DNA of 32,000 nucleotides from Okeania sp. (GTDB lineage Bacteria; Cyanobacteriota; Cyanobacteriia; Cyanobacteriales; Microcoleaceae): NCBI RefSeq assembly GCF_035285525.1, contig NZ_JAYKGW010000012.1, positions 3,798 to 35,797 of the forward strand, read 5' to 3'. Shown piece by piece: positions 21,258 to 29,361 of this stretch (position 1 is its first letter; each line of letters starts with the position of its first letter). The notes under the pieces were generated by a model. It saw only the letters and a program-made list of their open reading frames with translations, ran no database searches and was not told where the DNA came from. The position numbers and the translations under genes were made by a program.

Positions 21258-21611
21258 ATGGCGCAACAAGCGGTTGGAGCATTAGAAACTAAAGGTTTTC
21301 CTGGTATTGTAGCTGCTGCCGATGCAATGGTAAAAGCTGGTCGAGTTACTTTAGTTGGTTATATTAGGGTTGGTAGTGCTAGATTTACTGTGCAAATTCG
21401 AGGTGATGTTTCGGAAGTAAAAACTGCTATGGATGCAGGAATTGCAGCAGTAGAAAAAGTTTATGGTGGTACTTTAGAATCTTGGGTAATTATTCCTCGT
21501 CCTCACGAAAATATTGTGGCAGTTTTACCAATAGATTTTAATGAAAAAGTGGAACCTTTCCGCCAAAAAGTAGAAGGAATAACTGTACCAGGATTGCCTG
21601 GTGGTAGATAA
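21258..21611 (+). CDS. ccmK4: Carboxysome shell protein CcmK4 (BMC-H)
   Basis: AVGALETKGFPGIVAAADAMVKAGRVTLVGYIRVGSARFTVQIRGDVSEVKTAM...WVIIPRPHENIVAVLPIDF is the typical CcmK4 sequence pattern. An AGGAG RBS is upstream. Confidence 0.88.
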   Translation: MAQQAVGALETKGFPGIVAAADAMVKAGRVTLVGYIRVGSARFTVQIRGDVSEVKTAMDAGIAAVEKVYGGTLESWVIIPRPHENIVAVLPIDFNEKVEPFRQKVEGITVPGLPGGR

Positions 21612-21829
21612 GTTTTGATTCTGTTAAATATCTACTAATTCTGTTAGAAACCCTCAACATTACTATTGTATTGTTAACAATTCTCTCACTATAATTTGAG
21701 TAATTGTTAACAATAATACTCTGTGGACGGTTAATATAAATATCAATTACTTTAGAGGTTTGATTTCCCAAACCTAGTGATAAGTCGTTGCTAATATCTA
21801 TTTCCCACAAAGTCGGTTTCTCATAACAT

Positions 21830-22520
21830 TTATTCCGAGAAATATTCAAAAGTAAGTTCTTTTGTACAAAGTCTAGATTTCACCTCTTCATCGTGAAAAA
21901 TTCCGATTAAACCACAACCATTAGCTTTACATTTTTCTAGTAGTTCAATTACTATTTGACTATTCACAGAATCTAAAGCTGAAGTTGGTTCATCTAACTA
22001 ATAAAATTGGATAATTAACTACCAACGCTCTAGCTAAATTAACCCTTTGTTTCTCTCCTCCAGAAAAAGTAGTTGGAGAAAGATGTCAAAGACGTTTTGG
22101 TAAATTCAATATTTCAAATAATTCTACTACTTTTTGATAGGCTATTTCTGGTTTTATTCCTAATTCTAATAAAGGTTCTGCTGCTACTTCTAAAGCGGGT
22201 ACACGAGGAATTACTCGTAAAAATTGACTGACATAACCAATAGTAGTTTTGCGTACTTCTAAAATTTCATGGGGTGCTAATTTAGGAAGGTCAACCCAAC
22301 TAGATTTGTGCTTGATAAAAACTGAACCTTTATCAACTCGATAGTTACCATAAAGACAACGTATACATGTAGATTTTCCTGAACCAGATTTTCCAGATAA
22401 AGCAATACATTCTCCTGCTTTTAAGTTAAGAAAAATATTTTTCAAAACTGATAATTTGACTCCACCTTGATTCTGTAAAGTAAAGCTTTTTTCAATAGAT
22501 TCTGCTTTTAATATATTCAT
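21830..22520 (-). pseudogene. phnL: Phosphonate C-P lyase ATP-binding protein PhnL, inactivated
   Basis: The N-terminal ORF has Walker A GKSGSGKST and PhnL-typical TIGYVSQFLRVIPRVPALEV. It stops at a TGA exactly where the family has Trp (..[25 protein letters not shown]). A further 1-nt frameshift near 21996-22000 lies before [10 protein letters not shown]...GIFHDEEV. Confidence 0.75.
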
Positions 22521-22523
22521 AAT

Positions 22524-22645
22524 GAAGGAAGAAGAAATAAGGAAGAAGGAAGAAGTTGTTAGAGTTGGAAAAACCTTACAGAAGGTAAATATTTCCCCAA
22601 CTTTTTACACGCTCCGATATCAGCGGACATGATATTACTTCTTAC
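22524..22645. repeat. Inverted copy of the 721-1045 dispersed repeat, between phnL' and phnK'
   Basis: The reverse complement reads atatcatgtccgctgatatcggagcgtgtaaaaagttggggaaatatttaccttctgtaaggttttt plus a cttcttcc-rich tail, matching the 0.7-1.0 kb copies. Confidence 0.7.
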
Positions 22646-22652
22646 TTTTGAC

Positions 22653-23310
22653 TTATACTTTTGCACTAACTAACTGTTGAGTATAAGAATTTTGAGGATC
22701 GTCTAATACTTGATCGGTTAATCCAGACTCAACAATTTTTCCATTTTTCATCACTAATAAACGATGAGCAAGTAATCTAACTATCCCTAAATCATGGGTA
22801 ACTAAAATTACACTTAAATGTAAATTTCGTACTAAAGAACGAATTAAATCTAATAAACGAGCTTCTACTGAAACATCTAAACCTCCCGTAGGTTCATCCA
22901 TTAATATTAATCGGGGTTTTGTAACTAAAACACGAACTAATTGCCATCTTTGCTGCATCCCTCCAGAAAACATTTTTGGCAAATCATCTATTCGGTTAAT
23001 ATCTATTTCTACTTGGTTTAACCAATAAGTAGCTTCTTCCCGAATTTTTCCATAATTTCTAACTCCTATATCCATTAAACGTTCGTTAATATTTGCTCCA
23101 GCAGTTACATTCATTCTTAATCCATCGCGAGGGTTTTGTTGAACAAATTCCCATTCAGTTCGTCTTAATAAACGACAACGAGTTTCTGATAGTTTTGGCA
23201 CGGTTAATATCTCTCCATTAGAAGTAGCATAAGTGATATTTCCTTCATCAATAGAAATGTATCTACCAATGACATTTAAAAGAGTAGATTTACCGGAACC
23301 AGATTCTTCG
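22653..23310 (-). pseudogene. phnK: Phosphonate C-P lyase ATP-binding protein PhnK, 5'-truncated
   Basis: RRTEWEFVQQNPRDGLRMNVTAGANINERLM...RIDDLPKMFSGGMQQR...MDEPTGGLDVSVEARLLDL...VTHDLGIVRLL...DPQNSYTQQLVS is PhnK-like. The frame continues upstream through Walker A (ESGSGKSTLLN), but the first roughly 35-40 aa are replaced by unrelated repeat-like sequence, and there is no start codon. Confidence 0.7.
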
Positions 23311-23818
23311 GAGTCCGGAGTGGGGGAGTAGCTAGAGACCTTTTGCTGCCCAAGATGAAACGCATTTTTGCCGATGCAACTTCCCTATAGATAAGAGTCA
23401 AGTTTTATCTATAAGAAATATACCTATAAAACATAGCTATTTTCTAGTTGATTATTCATAAAATGAGGAAGTAGGATTTAACAATTAATAATTAATAATT
23501 AGGGTTTACTGAAAAAGTCTGAATAATTAATAATTATCCATTATCCATTATTGAAAGCACCTACAGTCTTGAATAGAAAGTTTCTAACTTTTAGATAGTT
23601 GAAAGCCTTAGCTAGCAATAGTTATTCCTATAACTTTGCACTGTCGAGTATTAGACATCTTTAATATTATCCATAAACTATCAATTCTTTCTTCCTGTTC
23701 CCTCCATACCTGTTCCCTCTCTCAACTAGGAAATTTATTTCCCATGATTATATTGACTTTTTATCACTTTTCTGGTAACCGTTAAAAGTTAGCAAAATTA
23801 TTGATTATAGGTAAACTA

Positions 23819-24232
23819 ATGAGCGATCGCGAGATACCAAAAATTGATAAAAAGGGTCTCAGGGAATTTGGACTAATAGTTGGCAGTGTTTTTGGCGGTT
23901 TGTTTGGTCTCTTACTACCGTTACTGCACAGGCATTGGCCACCACCCTCATGGCCTTGGATAATTGCTATTCCTCTATTAGTATTAGCAATTATTTCGCC
24001 CCCTACTTTGGAACCTATTTATCGGTTTTGGATGCGGGTAGGAATTTTTATGAGTAAAATAATGACTCCTTTATGGATGGGGGTGGTATTTTATCTTGTA
24101 GTCATGCCAATGGGTTTGATTATGCGAATGTTTAAAAAAGACCCAATGGAGCGACAATTAAATCCTGAAACATCAACTTACAGGGTAATTAGTCAATTAA
24201 AAACTAGAGAAAGTATGGAGCGACCTTTTTAA
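23819..24232 (+). CDS. SxtJ-family small membrane protein
   Basis: MSDREIPKIDKKGLREFGLIVGSVFGGLFGLLLPLL...PWIIAIPLLVLAIISP..L.PIYRFWMRVG..MSKIMTPLWMGVVFYLVVMPMGLIMR has the architecture and motifs I recognise from SxtJ-like proteins found next to carbamoyltransferases. I prefer the ATG at 23819 over the TTG at 23801 used in the ORF track. Confidence 0.75.
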   Translation: MSDREIPKIDKKGLREFGLIVGSVFGGLFGLLLPLLHRHWPPPSWPWIIAIPLLVLAIISPPTLEPIYRFWMRVGIFMSKIMTPLWMGVVFYLVVMPMGLIMRMFKKDPMERQLNPETSTYRVISQLKTRESMERPF

Positions 24233-24397
24233 ATGTTTGAAGGAATATTAGATTTTCTCAAAGACCTTTGGGGTTTTATGGGAGAAAGAAAAAAATATTG
24301 GTTATTGCCTTTAGTTATTACTTTGGTTTTGTTAGGCGCTTTGATTATTTTAAGTCAATCTTCTGTCATTGCACCGTTCATTTATACTTTGTTTTAA
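24233..24397 (+). CDS. SxtK-like / DUF5989 54-aa membrane peptide (missing from the ORF track)
   Basis: Hand translation gives MFEGILDFLKDLWGFMGERKKYWLLPLVITLVLLGALIILSQSSVIAPFIYTLF. The RKKYWL.P basic patch, single TM and APFIYTLF C-terminus are the family hallmarks. Its ATG directly abuts the SxtJ stop (TAAATG), which implies translational coupling. Confidence 0.8.
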   Translation: MFEGILDFLKDLWGFMGERKKYWLLPLVITLVLLGALIILSQSSVIAPFIYTLF

Positions 24398-24920
24398 TCT
24401 AACTATTTTAGCAGAAGCAAGGAAGAGATTTTTTGTTGAATCTTATTGTAATTCTTGATAGTTATTTTAGGCATAAATAAACATTTCAAAAATCGGCATT
24501 TAACCGTCAACTATTAGCTAGTTTTCTGCGGAGGAGTTGTGCTTTTTCTTATAGCAAATATGTCGGCGACAGCCGAAAATAGCTATTGGTTTTAGTTGGC
24601 GCTCAAAGCTTTTTTATTTGAGAACTCAAATTACTACAAAAGCGATTTTTTATGTGTATATTCGTTTAAATATTCTCCTGAAGCTAAAGGGCAATAAAAA
24701 TGAATAAAGCAAGCTTTCTTTTAAGTTATACTATATTTCTTGGTCGATTGGATATGCCGTTTAGCTAACGCAATAGATGGAGAGGCTTTATACCTTAATT
24801 TTTCGGTAAAATTTTATTGTAGGAGGCTTGGTCTCGAAACCTAAACAAAAATGGGATTTGGAGACTAAACCCCTATAGCTTTATCTACTTAAAATTACAA
24901 AAAAAATTCTAACTGAAAGA

Positions 24921-26135
24921 ATGAAAAAGTTAAAAGTTTTGGCAGGAAATCTAACTATGATTTTTGCCAGTTTATTTGTGGCGGTAGCGATCGCTGAAAT
25001 AGGAGTAAGAATTGCTGGTTTAGAGGGATTAAAAAAAAAGCCAGAAACTACCCATGCAGAATTTTATCCGACATTTTATACTATTCCTCATCCGGTTAGA
25101 GGTTGGGAATATAGAGCCAATGTTTCTGGTTGGTCAACCAATGAAGGAAAGGCTTATTTAGAATTTAATAGTCATGGTCTTAGAGGACCGGAAATTACTA
25201 AAGCTAAACCAGAAAATACTCTACGAATAGCTGTACTTGGAGATTCTTTTACTGCAGCAGTTCAAGTTTCTTATCAGCAAACTTTTGTGGCAGTAATGCA
25301 AAAAGAATTGGAACAATGTACAAATTTAAAAGGTAAAAAAGTAGAGGTAATTAATTTTGGTGTTGATGGTTATGGAACTGCCCAACAGTTATTAACTCTT
25401 CGGGAAAAAGTTTGGGATTTTCAGCCAGATATTGTGCTTTTAGCTTTTTATAATGGCAACGATGTTACGGATAATTATCGAGAGTTAGAAGATAATCATT
25501 ATCGACCTTTTTTTGTCTATAAAAATGGGAAGTTAGAATTAGATTTATCTTTTAGCAAGTTACCTACAAGTCAAGCAAATCGTTATATGATTACCACAGT
25601 TGATAAATTACCAACTTGGCTAGTAAATAATATCAGAATTTTACAAATAATCAAAAAAGTAGAGGTTGATCAAAAGAAGAGATATGCTGCCAGACACTTT
25701 GAAACCATACAAGCAAATATATTTAGAGAACCGCCAAATTCTGATTGGCAAGAAGCTTGGAAAATTACAGATGAATTAATAGGAATTATGGCAAAAGAAG
25801 TACAGGAAAAAGGAGCTGAATTTAAAATAGCTACAGTGATGAATGATATGCAAATAAATCCCGATAGACAATGGCGAGAAGGATATGCAAAAATTATGAA
25901 TATTCAAGACTGGTATTATCCGACAAAAAGACTGCAAAATTTAGGAGAAACTCATAATTTTTCTGTGATTGATTTAATCAAACCTTTTGATGATTATGTT
26001 CAGAAAAATCCTGTTTGTGTTCATGGGTTTAAAAACACAAAAATGTGTACAGGACATTGGAATGCTACAGGACATAAATTAGCAGGAGAAATTATTGCTA
26101 AAAATTTATGTCAAGAGGGTGTATCGAAATTTTGA
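24921..26135 (+). CDS. Membrane-anchored SGNH/GDSL-type hydrolase or acyltransferase, paralog 1
   Basis: It has an N-terminal signal anchor (LTMIFASLFVAVAIAEIG). The SGNH blocks are LRIAVLGDSFT (I), FGVDGYGTAQ (II), FYNGNDV (III) and CTGHWNATGHKLAG (V-like, AlgJ/AlgX-style H-W). Confidence 0.8.
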   Translation: MKKLKVLAGNLTMIFASLFVAVAIAEIGVRIAGLEGLKKKPETTHAEFYPTFYTIPHPVRGWEYRANVSGWSTNEGKAYLEFNSHGLRGPEITKAKPENTLRIAVLGDSFTAAVQVSYQQTFVAVMQKELEQCTNLKGKKVEVINFGVDGYGTAQQLLTLREKVWDFQPDIVLLAFYNGNDVTDNYRELEDNHYRPFFVYKNGKLELDLSFSKLPTSQANRYMITTVDKLPTWLVNNIRILQIIKKVEVDQKKRYAARHFETIQANIFREPPNSDWQEAWKITDELIGIMAKEVQEKGAEFKIATVMNDMQINPDRQWREGYAKIMNIQDWYYPTKRLQNLGETHNFSVIDLIKPFDDYVQKNPVCVHGFKNTKMCTGHWNATGHKLAGEIIAKNLCQEGVSKF

Positions 26136-26708
26136 ATCAAACCAAAAATTTAGGAATTTGCAAATTAATAAAGTACCGATTTAATAAATAAAAATACTGT
26201 GTTTGTCCGCAGCGAGGCGGTAAGATTAGACTCAATCTTAATAAGATTGCTATATAAGAAAATATCCTAGCACTTTTCTATTTTTTGATATTCTTGAAAA
26301 AAGCTTGTTCAATAATTAATAATTGCCTCTTATTATCAAGAAAAAAACTGGCTAAAATAATTTTTTTTCTTTTTGAGCCATAAATAGAAAAGCTTTATAT
26401 AGCAGTCGAAGCAAAAGGCGCGGACATTTTTAATTTTCATATTCTATTGTTCCCTATTAAAAAAAATTTGTAAGCATCTAGCTATTAGCAGTTAACATTC
26501 AGATCAAGCGCAATAAAAATGAATGAAAAACACTCTTTTAACTTCTACTTTTCAACCATATATTTGATGTTTTCAAACTATCTATATTTCTGGCTAGAAA
26601 TTATAGATTTGCCTCAAAAGCTGAATTGCGAAGTTCCGACCCAGGAGGCTATCTAATAGCTGACTGCTGAATGCTTACATAATTTCTTTTTCAACTAACC
26701 TTTATATA

Positions 26709-27926
26709 ATGAAAAAACTGAAAAATTTAGCCATCAATTTAGGATTAACATTAAGTACATTAATATTTGCTGTCGCAGTAGGTGAAATCGGTCTAAGAAT
26801 AGCAGGAATTGAACAATCCCCACCGCCAAGAATGGATGCCGAAGTAGACGAAAATTCTCCCTATACTTTCCAAGATCCTTACCGAGGTTGGGCAGGAAAT
26901 CCTAACGGCAAATCATTTTGGACAGGAGAAGGAATACCTTCCGAAATCAAAATGAATAGTGGAGGATTTCGGGATTATGAACGGAGTAAAACTAAACTAG
27001 AAAATGGATTAAGAATTGCTTTATTAGGAGACTCTTTCACAGAAGCAATCCATGTAAAATTAGAAGATACTTATGGTGCAATAATAGAAAAAAATTTACA
27101 ACAATGTCCTGTCTTAAAAGACCGAAAAGTTGAGGTAATGAATTTTGGAGTCCAAGGTTATGGAACAGCTCAAGAATTAATGACATTAAGACATCATGTT
27201 TGGGATTATTCACCAGATTTAGTCATCTTAGTTTTTTTTGCTTCTAACGACCTTCGTAATAATTCTCGTGCCTTAGAACACGATCATTTACGACCCTATT
27301 TTTTCTATCAAAATGGTGAACTTGTAGCAGATATGTCGTTCCGCAATTTAAAATTTTGGGAGAGAGATATTTATGCTTTTTCTCAAGTAGATTTCTTGCC
27401 ATTTTGGTTAGTGCAAAATTCTCGAATATTACAGCTAATTAGAAAAGTAGAAGTTGAAGGAAAGCACCGTCAATATATGAAAGATTATAGTGAAATTAAT
27501 ACTGCTTTCTACAAAGAACCAAAACCAAATTCAGATTGGTCAGAAACCTGGAAAGTGACCGAAGGTTTGATTAAATTAATGAGAGATGAAATCTATGAAA
27601 AAGGAAAAGATTTTATGGTAGTAACTGCTAGTGATGCTCATCAAGTTTTGCCGAATTTTCAAGATATTGAAGGATTTAGAAAATCTTTGAATGTACCACA
27701 TTTATTCTATCCAGATACCAGACTAAAAAATTTTGGGAAAAAGGAAAATATACCAGTTTATACTTTAGCAGGACCAATTTGGCATGAGGCTAAAAAAACA
27801 GGTAAATGTTTACATGGTTTTGATAATGCTATTCCTTGTAAAGGTCATTGGAATATAGCAGGTCATAAATTTGTAGGAGAAATAATGGCAGATTATTTGT
27901 GTAAGAGATATACTAATTCTGAATAG
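26709..27926 (+). CDS. Membrane-anchored SGNH/GDSL-type hydrolase or acyltransferase, paralog 2
   Basis: It is collinear with paralog 1 over its full length. It has the same anchor and the same blocks: LRIALLGDSFT, FGVQGYGTAQ, FFASNDL and CKGHWNIAGHKFVG. Confidence 0.8.
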   Translation: MKKLKNLAINLGLTLSTLIFAVAVGEIGLRIAGIEQSPPPRMDAEVDENSPYTFQDPYRGWAGNPNGKSFWTGEGIPSEIKMNSGGFRDYERSKTKLENGLRIALLGDSFTEAIHVKLEDTYGAIIEKNLQQCPVLKDRKVEVMNFGVQGYGTAQELMTLRHHVWDYSPDLVILVFFASNDLRNNSRALEHDHLRPYFFYQNGELVADMSFRNLKFWERDIYAFSQVDFLPFWLVQNSRILQLIRKVEVEGKHRQYMKDYSEINTAFYKEPKPNSDWSETWKVTEGLIKLMRDEIYEKGKDFMVVTASDAHQVLPNFQDIEGFRKSLNVPHLFYPDTRLKNFGKKENIPVYTLAGPIWHEAKKTGKCLHGFDNAIPCKGHWNIAGHKFVGEIMADYLCKRYTNSE

Positions 27927-27970
27927 TATTTATACAACGTTATTAGGGTGAATAAAAATTCGCAAATGCC

Positions 27971-28330
27971 ATGAAAAATTGGAAATTGATGCAGGGAATA
28001 AAAACAGGATTCAGTTTAGTTAGTATTAACTTGGTTTTAGCATTTCTGAATTTAAAGGCTGTTTCATTAGGATTTTATTATTCTCAGATCAAGAAACTAT
28101 TTTATACTCGAAAAAATACTACTTCTCAAGTCCGGGAATAATTGGAAAAAACAGGAACTAGACTGGCTACAGATATAATTAATAAATCTGTATTAGAGCG
28201 ACTACATCCTCTTTTTGGTTATGTACGAAAGCAAGGTGTTTTTAGCCAAAAACAATTTATTTTTGATTATAAAAAATCAGGAATCAGAGTTAATAATTAC
28301 AGCCTTATATCTAAGTATAATTATCCTTGA
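27971..28330 (+). pseudogene. Remnant of a third membrane-anchored ORF, with an in-frame TAA and 3' truncation at the MITE nest
   Basis: An ATG at 27971 gives MKNWKLMQGIKTGFSLVSINLVLAFLNL... (signal-anchor-like). A TAA at 28139-28141 is in frame with track ORF 28142-28330 (..LERLHPLFGYVRKQG..). The reading frame ends where the repeat cluster begins. Confidence 0.35.
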
Positions 28331-28368
28331 TTTTTCTACCCTTGGTTTGCTTAAAATCCTAACTTTTT

Positions 28369-29327
28369 GGTGGTTATATTTGTAAAAGTTGTACTTTTTC
28401 GCTCTTGAAAAAGGCTATAACATTTATGTGTAAAGACTTTTCGATTGAATCAGTAAGAGCCAGGTAAATAGGTATTTTAGGACTTACCCAGAAACCCGGT
28501 TTCTCCAAGAAACCCGGTTTCTTTGCCAGGACTTACAAAGAGACCACATATATATGATAGTACCTTTGCGTAAGTCCTATTTGCGTAATATCAAACCCGG
28601 TAGTATTAGAATTCAAGACCGTAGTGGTTATATTTGTAAAAGTTGCACTTTTTGCGACCCTAGATATATAGTCATTCTGGTTTAGACTGAGACAATAATT
28701 TCTTACTGTTAAAAGGTTTCAGCTAAAAAAATGTTTCATTCTTATTCAGAATAACTATAGTGCTTAAAACTATTGCACAATAGTTTTTTGACTCTACATA
28801 TAGTACCTTTCCGTAAGTCCTGTATGTAAAGACTTTTAGATTGAATCAGTAAGACCCAGGTAAATAGGTCAGGACTTACGCAGCGACCCTAGATATAGCG
28901 CTTAAAACTATTGCGCAATAGTTTTTTAACTCCATATATAGTACCTTTGCGTAACTCCTGTAGGTATTTTAGGACTTACCCAGAAACCCGGTTTCTGGCA
29001 GCAACTGGGTTTCTTTGCCAGGACTTACACAGAGACCACACATATATATAGCGTTTAAAACTATAACGTTATAGTTTTTTAACTCTATCAGGACTTACGC
29101 AGATGAACCCAGAAACCCGGTACGAGGGTAAATTATTACTGCTCAAAACAACGATTTATCCTAGAAACCGGGTTCCTCCCGTGTAAGTCCTATCTATATA
29201 CAGTACCTTGGCGTAAGTCCTGTTTGCGTAATATCAAATCCAGTAGTATTAGTAGAATTCAAGACCGTAGTAGTTATATTTGTAAAAGTTGCACTTTTTC
29301 GATCTGGAAAAAGGCTATAACGTTATA
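28369..29327. mobile_element. Nest of MITE-like insertions and segmental duplications (about 0.95 kb)
   Basis: Recurring modules are ggttatatttgtaaaagttg.actttttcg.tct.gaaaaaggctataac (28369-28425, partial at 28621-28655, 29268-29327), gtaaagactttt.gattgaatcagtaaga.ccaggtaaataggt (x2), aggacttacccagaaacccggtttct...ggtttctttgccaggacttaca.agagaccaca (x2), tagtacctttgcgtaagtcct (x4) and tttgcgtaatatcaaa.cc.gtagtattag..aattcaagaccgtag (x2). Confidence 0.8.
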
Positions 29328-29361
29328 AAAGGTTATTTATCAGGAGAAAAATTTATAAATT

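Noticed and set aside
21538..21849. 103-aa minus-strand ORF, considered as a possible PhnM N-terminal remnant because of IIVNN...RIVNN strings downstream of phnL'
   Set aside because: It overlaps the 3' end of ccmK4. The IVNN strings come from two copies of the self-complementary dodecamer ATTGTTAACAAT (about 21673-21684 and 21705-21716). Similarity to PhnM is too weak to support by eye.
22086..22088. TGA in phnL as a recoding event (Sec/Trp read-through) rather than a nonsense mutation
   Set aside because: There is no SECIS-like context, and cyanobacteria use the standard code. The same gene also has an independent frameshift, and its neighbour phnK is truncated. Gene decay is the simpler explanation.
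23801..23818. TTG start for the SxtJ-family gene, as used in the ORF track
   Set aside because: An in-frame ATG at 23819 gives the N-terminus MSDREIPK.., and the 6 extra codons add nothing recognisable. The TTG start cannot be excluded without experimental data.
28381..28394. NtcA-like site (GTA...TAC) in the duplicated carbamoyltransferase leader
   Set aside because: The sequence is GTAaaagttgTAC, a 7-nt spacer instead of the canonical GTA-N8-TAC. The copy nearest the gene (29281-29294) reads ...gttgCAC, which loses the TAC half.
28369..29327. Possible CRISPR array, given the many short recurring blocks separated by other sequence
   Set aside because: The recurring units have several different types and lengths and appear in both orientations. 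They are nested, and they are not separated by uniform-length unique spacers. No cas genes or leader are nearby. The pattern fits MITEs and segmental duplication.
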